Under the pieces are notes generated by a model. The model was not told the DNA's origin, searched no databases, and saw only the letters and a list, made by a program, of their open reading frames with translations. From NCBI GenBank assembly GCA_964187785.1, contig OZ076409.1, positions 16,804,001-16,868,000 on the forward strand: DNA of 64,000 nt. Direction: 5' to 3'. This document shows, in pieces, positions 39,301 to 60,915 of this stretch; the stretch's first letter is position 1, and each line of letters opens with the position of its first letter. The DNA comes from Amphiscolops sp. MND2022 (lineage: Eukaryota). A program made the translations under genes and the position numbers.

Positions 39301-41963
39301 GCTAACTCGATACAGTCTTTCTACTATTATAAGGAATGCCCCAAATTCAAGATTCCTTTGTAGTTAAGATTACTGGAATTATTTTCAGATTGAGAGCTGA
39401 GTCAACAATCTTATATCCATATGCCACATCTATTTTGGTCTACTTCTTTTTCCGGAAGAGAAGTAAAATCCAAAGGGATCATTAAAAGTTTTTCAGCACA
39501 TCCTTCAAATTTGGAATGCAGAGACCATGGTTAAACGGCATCGGCGTTTATTAACTTAGCACATAGCGGCAAACATTATGGCGGGAACATATATTACCGA
39601 GAGAAGATAGCGATATGTCACAAAATAGAAGAAACACGGTTATGAGGAGTCCACTGCTATTATGTTTCGCCCAAACGAGGCACAATTGAGTTCTAGTGAG
39701 TTTTGACATCGCTATTTTTTTCGATAAACCGCTAATTTCAAGATAGCTATTTCGCTGAAAAACTTTTCCTTCAAAAATTTAAATATTTCATTTCAAGTAT
39801 GTTTCAAAATTCAATGGTAACTTATTTCAATTTTTGCAAGAAAGAAAAGTTTATTTGATTGGAAAGGAGAATAACAACTTTTACGTTAAGAGGTAAAAAC
39901 ATTCCAATCTGGACGGGAAAAGAGTTATCAAAACTAGTCGAGTCCCCGTCCAAAGAAAACCAATTAGGGATGATGAGATATATCTGCTAATCCAATACTT
40001 AGGATTCATCGACCAACATTCATAAATATAATGGTGAGGAAAGTTGAAATTATTTCAAAATTAGGTATCAGATTTTTCGGAATAAAGCAAAAACATGCTT
40101 ATTTTCAGCAATAAAAACATTAATTTTTGAAATCAAACCCTTAATTTGAAATCGACTGAGTTCCTTCAAGTTGCATGGTAGCAAAGCGGCTTCTGTCAGC
40201 CAGTTGAAGTTTTCCTTAGAAAATTACTCAAAGATTTCCGTTTGACAGTTGTTCTACAATACGCAGTTGCGAAGAGACTTTTTTTGTGCCACTTGATACA
40301 ATACGCGTAGTGAGAAGGCATATCAAAAGCATTTTTTGTAATTCGCCATTTTGCCGTGGTTGTCGAAAAAGTTCTTTTACGTTCTCCACAAGGAAGAGTT
40401 CGAAAACAGTTAGAACTTTGTTGCGTTGTAAAATCTCTTGTAGAGAGTCAATTTTCTGCTTGAAAAGATTGCTCGAATAATTCTCCGTTGAGCAGATTCC
40501 ATTTTTATTAAGTTCCATTTATTTGCTGGTCCATTAATCAGGAGACCGTAGCATATTAAAGACCTTGCAAATGAGTTATAAAACATCAATAAACACTTCT
40601 GGATGTACATATGCAGTATTCTATAAATAAGACCAAAAAATTTATTGAGTTTACTCACTACATACTCGATATGTTCACTAAATCTTGGGAATCTGTCTAC
40701 ATAAACACCTAGATATTTGCATGCGCTTTTTTAGGTCAAAGTTTTGTCCAATATACGGAGTTTACTAGGGAGTCCCCTTCCAAAAGACATTGATTCACAA
40801 TTGTCTTTACTAATACTCAGCGTATTCGCACGAAACCATTCGGAAAATCGATCGATTTTTTGTTGGATTGAGCAACAGCCTTCGCGGTTGACTTCGCTGA
40901 TTGTAGTATCATCAGCAATATTCTATTGTGTAAGTTTTACAAGTGTAAGAGTTGGAATTTTTGGAAATACGTTTTGAAACTCCGTGTATACGCAGAGCAA
41001 TTTTGAAATTTGGCAATTAGTTGTCACTAATCGGAATGGCTAATAAAATCGCTGGAAAATTCTGCGCGGCCGCTAAATTGAGGAAAAGTGGTGTGAAAAC
41101 TGGTATATTGACTACTGACTTTGAAGGTAGCCAAGAAATGATCAGAGGAGTGCTGCGTGGTCGAAGAGGGCACGTGGATGCTGTGTACAGTACTGGTCAA
41201 AGCATCCACCTTCAAAATGTTGAGCAGAGGAAAAGAAATGTCGAAGTTGGTGCGCAGGTTGCTGAAACAAAAACTACTGTGCTCACGTCTGAATTTCATA
41301 AAGGGTATTTGGCACATGACAACTGAGCTACATAGACAGATATGAGAAAAATATCGTCTGAAACAAGTCACACAATTCAAACGCAAAAAAAAATATGCAC
41401 AAAAGGTATCAAAAATGATTAGCTCAGGCTATTTGAGTCGGTGGTAGGTTGTATAGCCGAACGAGCTTCAAGACGAAAGAATTTGAAGTCGAAAGTAAAT
41501 TACAGCCGACATCGACAGATTACGTCATCATTACCAGCAGGTGGCGAGCAGAATTGAAATGGATGTAATCGGTAGCCGTTCGTATAACAATAGCTTATTT
41601 CGTCGTCCAATCGGATTTCAGATCAGCTTTATATTCGTTCTTCTTAAAGCTCGTTCGGTTAAGCGAACGGCTACCATTCGAGGCAGGTGAGATAACACTC
41701 AAATTGCCAAAAAATGCCGATTAATTCTTGGCAACAATTCTTCAAACGAAACTGCGTATCATTGACGTTGCTCACACAACAAACATTCAGATTCCCGAAA
41801 CTATATATTTAACTGCTGAAAGATCATTGAGTATGTGAACTCCCAGAGGTAGTGCAAACAACTTACAAACAATTCGTCTACTTGAAAAACGGGAATCGAA
41901 AGACACCTGTCGTTGGACGCTCTTCTATATCACGTTTTGACGCGAGTGAAGAAACCGCCGTCA

Positions 41964-41995
<32 letters not shown>

Positions 41996-44636
41996 AATTT
42001 ATTAATTTGTTGCCCAAAGGGCGTATAAATTACAACACAGGTTGATTAGCTGGTACCAGACGTTCCAGCATTACATATAGCACCGCACAGAACAGAAAGG
42101 TTTTCAAGAAGTTCAATGTTCATGGAATTCATCAGCTGGTCAAATTTCGTTATATTTGGAAACGATTGAAAAAATTTCGGGATAAGTTCTTCCCTTATGT
42201 CTCTAAAGTTCTCGCAGACCATAACCCAGTGATATTCATCTGCTTTGCATTCTTTATGGCAGGACGAACAATGTTGACTGTGGTTGCCCGTTATTCTCCC
42301 TTTTACTCCTGATGACATGTATGGAGCGCAGCGGAATCGACTAAGTTGTATCCTATACTTTGCCTTCAATTTGCGTAAAGACACTTAGAAATAAGCATGC
42401 CTCAGATTGTCCGAATTGACGTCTTTTTGAAGCTCTAACAAGAGGCCCAGTGGCACTGCGATATTTTCCGTATACTGCTAAAAAATGCGTTCAAAATACA
42501 ATGCAGTACAGGACGGACGAAACAAGCGGGGATCGTCCCGTCGGCGCCTCACTCAAAGCTCAATAACAATAAGAGCAAAGTTTTTTGTATATGCTCCAGA
42601 ACATTTATTGAGAACACGCTCATCAATGTCACAGTACTAAAAATTAACGAAAAGCACCGTTGAGATTCGAAAAAACGTTTCCTCAACTGGAAAAACTGTC
42701 TAGGTCGCAAAACGCTATTTCTTGCTGAAAAAGTCTAAAATCAAAGGGTTCCCTTCCGTAAAAATAGGAGACCATTTGGTATCATCTTTACCCTTGCAAC
42801 ACTCATCTTACCTCTAACCTTCCTTTTTTTTTAGTTCAGCGCGGATTTCGAACCCGCTCCTGCTTCGGATTGCAATTAGAATTGTCTTCCATATAACTTT
42901 GACGATTTATTTTTGGCGAAATCTTTTCGAATTTTAATAGATCGACTGTAGTAGAAAACATGAAAATCAAATGCAATGAGTTAAAGTAGTCAATAAAACC
43001 CGACAATGATTTCAGCGAAATACTAAAGCCATTTATGTAACTGTTTATTCTTCACTGGTCATGGACTTCAGAGTCGAAAACCGGAAAAAGAATGTGGGAT
43101 AAATACATGAATGGCAAAACACCAATTTGGTCAGAATATTTTCCAACCGACATTGCCCAATGGAAAAGGAATCACTGCAAAATTTAGCAGAGCATTTAGT
43201 CATTTTATTGCTGAAACACACCCTTGTTTGTCCCATCGTTGCATAAAAGCAACTGTAGTTCTCTTTCCGCAAAAAATAGAACGTTAAGACCAACAAACTA
43301 CTTTGAATAAAATTGGAACATGTATTGGACGTAATCAGTTCTGACGAAGTATCCTAAATAGAAGGTATATCTAACCACATAGGAACTAAAAACCATGGCA
43401 TTATACATTCACAACTTCAAATTGAGTCAACAGCGTCAATGCCGGACAGGTAATCAAATATAATGGAACTCGATTAAAAACAACTCAAATGGGCCTGAAA
43501 ACAGTCTTCATAAAGCGAGATAATCATGCGATGATGCCTACATCAAATGCCTCTTTCCGAGAAGAGCTTTTTTTCGTTTTGATTCGGTGTTACTTAACGA
43601 CAACTCGGGTCATCAAGATGATACAAAATGGAAAAAATGATCCCATGAAAAAATGCCTCAGCATATTTTTCCTGCACATGTCGATTTGGATCTCGGAGGA
43701 TCGCGAATTATTCCATGGCAAACACACATCGCCCAGTTATAATCAGCTATTACGAGGAGTTCGGTTTCTATTATTATCATTATTCATTGAAGAGACTTTC
43801 AGAAAACGAATTGAAACTTGTGAACCTTCAAATTTTGTCAATTATTGAAACGCATTAGTCATGACTACCTTTCGCTTGATTGCCGAAAGGAACATAATTC
43901 CACGTTGTCGCGGCCTCATACGGCTATGGAACGGGGGTCGCCAAAAAACATGTCATTTTTAATCCTAAATGCACTTGCCTTCAATTATACTTCCAGAAGA
44001 TTTTTCTGCAAAACTAAATACTTCCCGCTTTTCGATTCAATGTATTTCAGTTCATCGAACTAACTTCTGAGTAGCACTACTTTTCATCAGTACTCCTGGG
44101 CCGACATCGAAATCAACCTGTTCAAGATAATCCGGATATGTCCCTGAAAATAGGTTGATAAAAATATAATTGGTAGCTGGGTGCGACTTCATGTAATTGC
44201 GAATGAGATCTAAATCTGGAACTACAATGGGTGATGCAGGGTTAAGGACATCTCGGTCTAACATGTCAACGTTGAACAACGTAAAGCACGACTCAAATTC
44301 TGGATTTGGAACGTAATTTGGCAAAATCTGAAAAGATTGCAACACCTTTTTGAACTGTGGTGAATGAATTTTTGTAGATCGACTGATATTGCGAATGCTC
44401 AAAGTTGGTCCATGTTTGCAAGCACGATGTGACATACATCTTGCAGTGGAACAATTAACATGAGCTTCGGAAAGTTTCACGGGTTGGATGCGAAGCGGTT
44501 GATAGGAACCGGCAGATACTCTGTTTTGTGTAGATCCGACAGATTTGGATTTGAAGAAAATCTGATGGCAGCAAAGTATTGCGATAACCGTGATAACTGA
44601 GGTCAGCAAGCAAACATATCGGACAAGAGTCTTCAT
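24072..44636 (-). CDS. EXT1: Exostosin-1-like heparan sulfate polymerase (GT47 + degenerate GT64), 9 coding exons, ~707 aa
   Basis: Phase-consistent GT-AG exons: 44636-44065, 41261-41120, 38964-38783, 38135-37934, 37447-37328, 37247-36996, 35182-35006, 34318-34149, 24378-24072 (2124 nt). N-terminal type II transmembrane segment. EXT1-type motifs [71 protein letters not shown]. Confidence 0.92.
26900..30950 (+). mobile_element. Fossil Helitron-like RepHel element (HUH Rep + PIF1 helicase + candidate GIY-YIG), antisense in EXT1 intron 8
   Basis: Rep motif 1 FFTLTC (27274); motif 2 R*EIQTSQGD*PHIHCLV (27512-27565); CRYP (~27777). Walker A GKPGTGNS (28868); IEQISM (~29115); PIGGILVIGN*DSKQLRPP (29196-29252); EYVRMVDP and IYEGSPMRITSN in ORF 29658-30296; VYCLMSL..SIG (30732-30776). 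Many stops and frameshifts; boundaries are approximate. Confidence 0.8.
29272..29695. repeat. Insertion with a duplicated ~84-bp unit interrupting the helicase
   Basis: TTCAAAAATATTGCGCTA...TTTTGACGT.A.ATCCGAA occurs at ~29488 and ~29567. Helicase motifs III and IV flank the segment. Confidence 0.5.
34149..34318 (-). CDS. EXT1: EXT1-like exon 8
   Basis: [18 protein letters not shown]...NYSVVDLNLSLHHK; AG/GT boundaries. Confidence 0.8.
35006..35182 (-). CDS. EXT1: EXT1-like exon 7 (divergent GT64 segment)
   Basis: 59-codon phase 0/0 exon with TTTCAG acceptor and GTATTT donor. Confidence 0.65.
35379..36088 (+). mobile_element. DINE-1/HINE-like element, copy 3 (duplicated 3' half)
   Basis: The 3' block TTTTGAGCCTT.GATATGGCGCCGAC occurs twice (35694 and ~36040). 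Terminal hairpin GCCG-TTCC-CGGC + TTGTTTT. Confidence 0.65.
36352..36816. mobile_element. hAT-like MITE with CGCTAA subterminal repeats
   Basis: TIRs CAGAGATTTGAC / GTCAAGTCTCTG; many CGCTAA motifs at both ends. TSD not convincing. Confidence 0.6.
36996..37247 (-). CDS. EXT1: EXT1-like exon 6
   Basis: ILYDRI...[10 protein letters not shown]...DFPF; 84 codons. Confidence 0.88.
37328..37447 (-). CDS. EXT1: EXT1-like exon 5
   Basis: ISSILRNIP...YRTYFSSLDHILRTSLK; 40 codons, not in the ORF track. Confidence 0.88.
37934..38135 (-). CDS. EXT1: EXT1-like exon 4 (GT47 core)
   Basis: [45 protein letters not shown]. Confidence 0.95.
38181..38337. mobile_element. Tc1/pogo (Tigger-like) MITE with TA TSD
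   Basis: TA-CACTCGACTCCGTTTATAACGA ... TCGTTATAAGCGGAGTTGAGTG-TA. Confidence 0.85.
38783..38964 (-). CDS. EXT1: EXT1-like exon 3
   Basis: GKRYTHGIGSETRDLL...VTCEHNKDEW; donor GTCAGT chosen by phase. Confidence 0.88.
40040..40975 (-). mobile_element. CR1/L2-group LINE 3' fragment
   Basis: IADDTT (~40910), KYLGVYVD, FYNSFARSLICYGL, QRRIIRAIF; degenerate. Confidence 0.8.
41120..41261 (-). CDS. EXT1: EXT1-like exon 2
   Basis: [13 protein letters not shown]...FLATFK; AG/GT boundaries. Confidence 0.88.
41964..42410 (-). mobile_element. 5'-truncated non-LTR retrotransposon 3' end with (TTTC)n tail
   Basis: ORF 42046-42384 has the ORF2 C-terminal CSSC...DEYHWVMVC zinc finger, followed by AATAAA and a (TTTC)n tail. 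Confidence 0.75.
44065..44636 (-). CDS. EXT1: EXT1-like exon 1 (transmembrane anchor and start of GT47)
   Basis: MKTLVRYVCLLTSVITVIAILCC...DMLDRD...[10 protein letters not shown]; donor GTTAGT. Confidence 0.9.
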
Positions 44637-45594
44637 GTCAGTCCACCAAGAAGTCACATCCGATACAACTGAAATGGGGCAAGCGAATTTCAGACAATCA
44701 ACTCATGGATCAGACCTCCAACTCTATCTTCTACAGCACGGCTTGTCTCAGAGTTTCAAGACCTTTGCTGCTAAATGGTTCGCACAAAAATAGCCGATAG
44801 TTCAGCGGCGTACGGCATTATCGTCATATCCAATTTCGACCTAATTGCCATTTCAACTGCTCACATTTCAGTCTATTGCACTTTCAATTTTCTACAATTT
44901 CAACCTAAACCAATTTTTGGCAAGGGATCTTTTTAGGTTATTGGAAATTTTCAACTGTTTTCAATTTTCATACAATTATAAACTTATATTTGCTAAATTT
45001 TACGTCATTTTTGATAAAATTTGGCTTCTTTGTGAAAAAATAAATACGTATCAATAATTTTGTCTGTTTGATTCATTACAAACTATTGTAATGAAACATT
45101 AACCGAGTTAGGGGTAATTAGCCAAAATTAGTTTAGATCGAAATTTCGGAAAGTTGAAACTGCCATCATGGACCTATGATAGGTGGAGATTGCATAGATC
45201 GAAATGTCAGGTAACTCAGTTTATTATCTACGTAGTTACCAAATTTAGTCAATTGGGAGCAAGAGCATGACATCAATTATTTTTTAAATGTTTTATCGTG
45301 AGAAAATGTTTAAATTTTTGTAAAATTTTGTATCTAACGTATCGATAGAGACTTTTCGTATCGCATTGTTAAACAGTGATGGTACAAGTTAGTCATGGTG
45401 TTTGACATTTGAGCATTCTATTGGTTGCCACTATTACAATTTGATGACGGAACGGAGTTTCCAGAAAAAAAGTAGCACAGTGCTGAAGAAACACGAAGGG
45501 GGACCCTCTGACCTCGTTCACCTCTGTAAACAACTTTTTAGTTCAGCGTGGTATTCGAAATCATGAGCCCGCTGGAGTTTCTGACTAATTGTTG

Positions 45595-46107
45595 AAACAA
45601 GCCGAGAACGGCCAAAGTCGGCGCCATATCTAAGGCTCAAAATTTAAAAGGGGGACCCTTTGGGCTTTGTGAAACTCCAGCTGGTTGCAAAAAATTTTTG
45701 AAAAATTGAATGGGGGACCCTTTGGAGACATGAAAAAATTTCCCAAAAAAATTTTTAAATGAGATTTTTGAACAGTGTCACAGTGCCGAAAAATGTAAAA
45801 GGGGGACCCTTTGCTATTTTTTGACATCCATTGTGTTGCAGAATATCGAAACAAATGAAGGGGGGACCCTCTGATGCAATCCAAAAAACTTCAAAAAAAG
45901 TCGCATAGTGCCGAAAAAAAGTGGGGCTAAGGTGGGATCTTTAGTGTGTTTTCGAGGTTGTGGACGTATGTTTTGTTTTTTCTTTTCGTTTTGGACGCGC
46001 TTCTGAGGTTGGAGTTGTTGAGGTTTGAAGTTGTTGAGGTTTGAGGTTGTTGAACAAATGAACAAAAAAGTGGACCTTTCTACTAAAATGCGCCGACTAA
46101 AAAAAAA
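45595..46107 (-). mobile_element. DINE-1/HINE-like element, copy 4
   Basis: AACAAGCCGAGAACGGCCAAAGTCGGCGC ... GCGCCGACTAAAAA. Confidence 0.65.
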
Positions 46108-46529
46108 CGGCTGTTTCGTCCCGTTTTTAAAATCGGCTTCTTTGGTTTTGCTTGGCTGCTTTGTGTCGATTCCTTTAATGCCGCTTTTCGAAAGCCAGCA
46201 GACGTGTCAAATCAAACATTCTGTTCAAATGCGTGTATAATTTTTCAAAACCAAGGCGAGATTCGAACCCGCGAATTCATGTTCCCCACGCGCTAACAAC
46301 CGGACCAAGTGACGGGCCAACAACGTGATTTTATAAAAATGAAACTTTACAATAGTGGACGCCGACTACAAAAACAAAGAAAATTTTTCAATGATCGAAT
46401 GCAGTCTCGGCTCGAGAAACAGCGTTTAAGAAGCGAAATCCAAATAACGCTCATTCGTTCCATGTATTTATTTGTTAGTCGGGAAACTTAATTTTTTTGA
46501 GATGTTAAGAAATTAAAGCGTATGACCAA

Positions 46530-46948
46530 TTTTTTAGTCGGCGCTTTTCTTAAGAGTCGACTATAGTCATGGCTTTTCGTCAGTTTTTTTTCGATACACC
46601 TGAAGTGACCAATATAGTTCTACAAAATTTTAAGACGCCGCCAAATTGTACCTGTTGGCCCAAGGAACTGAACCAAAAAGGTTTCCCGCGTGAGATAAAA
46701 TACCGGACGAGACTAAAGGGCCCACCCTTCGTTTTTTTTTCGGAAAAAAATACTAAAGAGTCTCTCTTCAATTTTTTTGAACGGATGTTGAAAAATCTCA
46801 AAGTGTCCCCCTTTCAGTTGTTTTGGCATTGAGACTTTTTTCAGAAAATTTTCGGGTGCTTTAGAAGAGAATACTTTGACACTTCGAAGTCCATTTGCTA
46901 TTTTTGAGCCTAAGATATGGCGCCGACTTGGGCCGTCCCGGCTTGTTT
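46530..46948 (+). mobile_element. DINE-1/HINE-like element, copy 5
   Basis: TTTTTTAGTCGGCGC ... GCGCCGACTTGGGCCGTCCCGGCTTGTTT. Confidence 0.65.
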
Positions 46949-48515
46949 ATAATACGAATAATCAACCAGCAAAGATATTTCATTTACTTCGATTTTGTCT
47001 TTTCAAAATAGTGATTACAGAAGCATAGCTCAGTCCGTGCTTACCAGTGACGTTTATATACTGGCCGCTTTTACGATTTTATGACTATTTCCACTTTTCA
47101 GTTTCAAACATTACCAGGTGTGAACCTCCCAATTCGCATCATATTTCTCCTTCGAATTTTGCTAAGAATGGCAAACCCAGTTGATAATGAAGAAAGCATC
47201 CGAATTTTGTATTACTTTTTGAATTGTTCCAGAGAATAAGCTATAATGACTCTTGGACTGACTACTGTACTTTTCTAGTGGGACTACTATTCAAAAGTCA
47301 ATTCTCGTTTTATTTCAATAAATATTACAAGCTCTTCTGATGATTATCAATGTGATTACGACTGAACAATGGTTTGGTGTACGACTGGAAAAAGGTCGAT
47401 TCCAAAAAATATCGAATAAATTGTTTTCGCGCACAAGTTTCATTTCGGTCATGTTGTGAACATCACTTTAGGCTCTTTAGCATCATTAGGTAACGGGATA
47501 ATGGTCACTTTGAAGCAAGAACTCGCAGAGATCCTCTTCGGTAAAAACTGTCGATCATAGTAGTTCGATCTTAGGGTAAGAAATCATTCAAATTCTGAGT
47601 GTATCTCCTGTAGAAACAACTACTAAAGGAGGCCGATAGTCGAAGCCTCGAACTCCTTCGACTCGAATCATCGGTTTACACTTAACTCACACCCATTACA
47701 GTAGATACCTTAGATGAATTTGGCTGAAACTAAACGTCTTTCAGCATTTTACAAGGTAAAATGTTTTCCAAGAAAACCTACATGCTTGAAGAAGAGACTC
47801 GGAGTTTGCATTGAATTGCTACTTAAGATACAAACTGATGACTAGCTTCAAGACACGTAAATGAAGTATCATAAAAAAGCTGCATTGAAAAGCAACAAAA
47901 CTGCTTCGGATGCCGGAACGAGTGTACGAGTTCTACAACAAAAATATTGTGATAATGTACGCTATCCATGCGTGATTCTATTGAAGCGACAATCTGGAAT
48001 GACTCTTCAAAATACAGCAGATGTTTTTTCTTCCCGCGTACAACAGGTTCATTGACTGCGCTCTACATTTAAAGGCTATCGGTTACAGTCGCAACGAAAA
48101 AAAGTTTTCACGAAAAAAATGCCCCTATGGAAAGATGTGCATTACAGACAATATCGGTATAACAAGCAAGCACACTTGAGGGTAAGTCGAAACTTACAGA
48201 CTCAATTCCAGAACACATCTCAAGCCGATATAAAGAGCTTTAATTTAATGACATTCAATTAAATGAGACGAGAAAGGCAACTAAAACAAAATTTGATTGC
48301 ATGAGAATACTGCGCACACTAATTTACAAATAACACAAAAGAAAAGTTGGGAAAGACGAATTAGAATGTTTCAAATTCTGAGAAAATGAGATACAGTGAG
48401 AAAAAGCGTGGCAAAATTCGACACTAAAGTATTAATATACCTCGCAGCTTGTGTTTTCTGGGAATAAAAACTTCAAAAACGAAAAAGCAAAATTGTTGTT
48501 AACCAGGTCAAGTCT

Positions 48516-57948
<9,433 letters not shown>

Positions 57949-59969
57949 CTGCAAACGTCATCATGAAAACGCTCATTTTTCTTCCAGAAAGACATTTCTA
58001 ATCTTTCCACAATTCAAGGATTCCGGGGAACTACAGAATAATCTTTTTCACAACGGAAATCTGGAATACTCCGCAAAATGTTCATTAAAGCAATTCAGCA
58101 GCTGAAATTTTGATGATTAAAAAACTGAAACATCCAATGAAACCAAATACAACTCACAGATATTCCCAAAAAAATTCGAACTTGCAAGAGCCCTATCTCA
58201 GGACGAATACATGTATCAAAAAATGGCACCAATCGACTTTCCTTTGAATAAACATCTATATGGAATACTGAAAATGTCATATTTGAACGAATTTCTCAGG
58301 AATCTTGAAATGAAGCAAGCAATTTTAATCAAAATCAGGGCATCATTGAATGAACAAATGTGACATACTAACTGTAATTAACCCACTGTAAGACATTAGT
58401 TGAGATTACATAAAAATTGGGATGTGAAATAGCTGGTCGTACATCTGATTAACACGAGCATTTCAATCTGGAAATTAACAAATCCTTAAATATGAACATT
58501 TAAAATGTTAACAACTAATTTGAATGTGAACATATTGTCTTCAAGTCTCAGATCATTTTTTAAAAAATGTCATTGAAATATGCATCATAGGAAATTTCCT
58601 CAATGAACGGTGCTGATTTTTTGGGTTATCTATTGATGAACTAGGGCTTTGACACCAACTAAAAAGTACTCCATTAAGGTTTTCCGCTGCACAAATACGG
58701 CATAGTGCTCTTCTCGCGTCCCTCCAATTCGACTCACTAACTCTAGCACCATGGAATGACAAAGCGGCGATGGAAAAATGGAACATTTCATGTTCGATCT
58801 TTCATTCTCAATTGAAATTTGAATTCAAAAAAACAACCCCCAAGGCCAGACAAGCCAATAAAAATAGAAAGGAACCAATGAAAACGTAAATTTTCTTTTC
58901 GAAGCTGTTCGATGGGTCAACGAAACTGAGCTCCTTTTCTTCATTGCTGTCCATTGCCGATTGAATTAAGTAGGTTGACCGGGAAATTGGGCAAATAACA
59001 ATTCTTCGGTAACTACATACTTTCGATATTTATCATTGGTGGGACCATACCGACTGAAATACATCAACTGAAGATCAATTTTGGTGGTTATCAGAAGTGC
59101 ATTGAGGATCGGAACATTCTTCAAAAGTGTGGCAACCCGAAAAGAAGCAAGATCGAATTGTTCGTGAGAACATAGATCTTTAGAAGGTAGCGGTCGCTGT
59201 GTCTATCGAAAAAATCCAATTAGTTTTGTAGTGTGGCAGTAATAATATCAATCTTTGTTCGCAATTACGACGTATTGACAAGAATTATACAGCCTATTTA
59301 TAAAGCCGGAATGTAGAAACTTGATCTAAAACAGCAGAGACTCAAATTGCGGTCGCATACAGCAGTTTAAATTAAGATCTTGAAGCCAAAATTTTAAAAA
59401 ATGAACAGCCTGAAAAGATCACAAAATTATTAATGCAAATAAATTTGTTGTTAATGTAGATTTTCAGCTTTCGTTGATGAGATGCCTCCCATTTTCTTTC
59501 TAACATGTTTTTTCCCTGATCAGAATTGGATCGTCGTCATCAATCAGCGTAAAAAAAACGCTTCTTTATTCATTATGTGCCCCCAGCCCGGGCGACAGAC
59601 AAAAAAATCCAACCAAGATAGGAAACAAAAATAATTGAGAAACGTCATCATGCAACCTGCGAGTTGAATGGATCGAGGACATTTCAATACAGAAACTCAA
59701 TGAGGCTCGTGAAAAGGTAACAATAATGAAGCAAAGAACACATAAATTTCTTGGTTGAACAAAACGGTCATTGAACACAGATTTACAAGTAGTAAAGTTT
59801 AATTGGTCTTCGTCCCGAACCGTTCCAACTACACTGGCCGCATTGCCTGCCTGGATTGCGAGAGAGTCTCTGCCTGAAAAACGACCCGGCTCTATTTTCC
59901 TGGTTGAACGCGCACAATTTTTTACACAGGTTCAAGAAAGTGGACGAGGAAGGTCCGATTCCTCCTTGA

Positions 59970-60591
59970 GGCTTCGGGCAATAAGTTCGATTTACTAAGT
60001 TCGAATTTGAACTAGCGCAATAAGTTCGAATGGAATAGTTTCGAGACACCAAGTCCGAATTTTCATATCGGGCATATCCGGTGTAAACTGGACTAGAGGA
60101 GGGAATAACGTCTAAGGAATAACGTCTAAAGGTCCACCGGGAATAACGTCTAAAGGAATAACATCTAAACTGAAATATTAGGGAATAACGTCTAAAAAAC
60201 GGGAATAACGTCTAAACAGAGGAATAACGTCTAAAAAGAGGAATAACGTCTAAACCTGAAAACGGGAATAACGTCTTAATTACAGAAAAACGACTAAAAT
60301 ACAGAAAAATTGTCAAAATACGTCCGGAAACGGGAATAACGTCTAAATTTGAAAAAATTCAGGTCAATTAAGATCTGATGCTATGAAGTGATTCAAAGTA
60401 TAAAACATGTCTCGGATATGTCCCCATTTCCTCTAGTGCCCCGCGGCCCCCAGGTGCCGCGGGGCACTGGATGAAATGGGGTAATATCAGTGGCACGTTT
60501 TATACTTAGTCCAAAACTCGAACACAGTGACTCGGACTTGTTCCGCATTTTGGAAAATTCGAATTTATGGGTTCGAACTTATTACCGTGCC
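59970..60591. mobile_element. MULE-like non-autonomous element with 9-bp TSD
   Basis: CCTCCTTGA at 59961-59969 and 60592-60600; imperfect TIRs (AATAAGTTCGA / TCGAACTTATT). Removing it restores FEIQGGIGP in the host LINE. Confidence 0.8.
60101..60347 (+). repeat. Ten GGAATAAC(G/A)TCT motifs with short variable spacing
   Basis: Copies at about 60101, 60116, 60139, 60156, 60181, 60201, 60221, 60240, 60264 and 60332. Confidence 0.85.
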
Positions 60592-60915
60592 CCTCCTTGA
60601 ATTTCAAAGGCTAAGGGTTGGAAGATGTATCATTTGTCAGCCGAACAAACGTACTTAGCTGTTTTCAATTCCTCTGCATCCTCAGCGGCTGCGCGTGGGT
60701 TGGCAACAGATCCGTTCTTTATTCTGCTGGGGGCAAGAAGATCGACACAAGTAACATCCCATTTTAATTGCTTGCCTTCCACCCAGGGCGCAAGGGTAAT
60801 TCCGTCTGGGCGTTTTCCGTCTGTTCGAGTCAGACCATTTGGTTCCAGTATTGGGGGAACTTTGATGGAACTCAGCGCCTGTTTCAACAGAGTATTAAGA
60901 TTGTGGTGCCTCGAG

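Noticed and set aside
60101..60347. CRISPR-like appearance of repeated 15-mers
   Set aside because: The repeats are too short, the spacers are mostly 0-10 bp and irregular, there are no cas genes, and the context is a eukaryotic TE.
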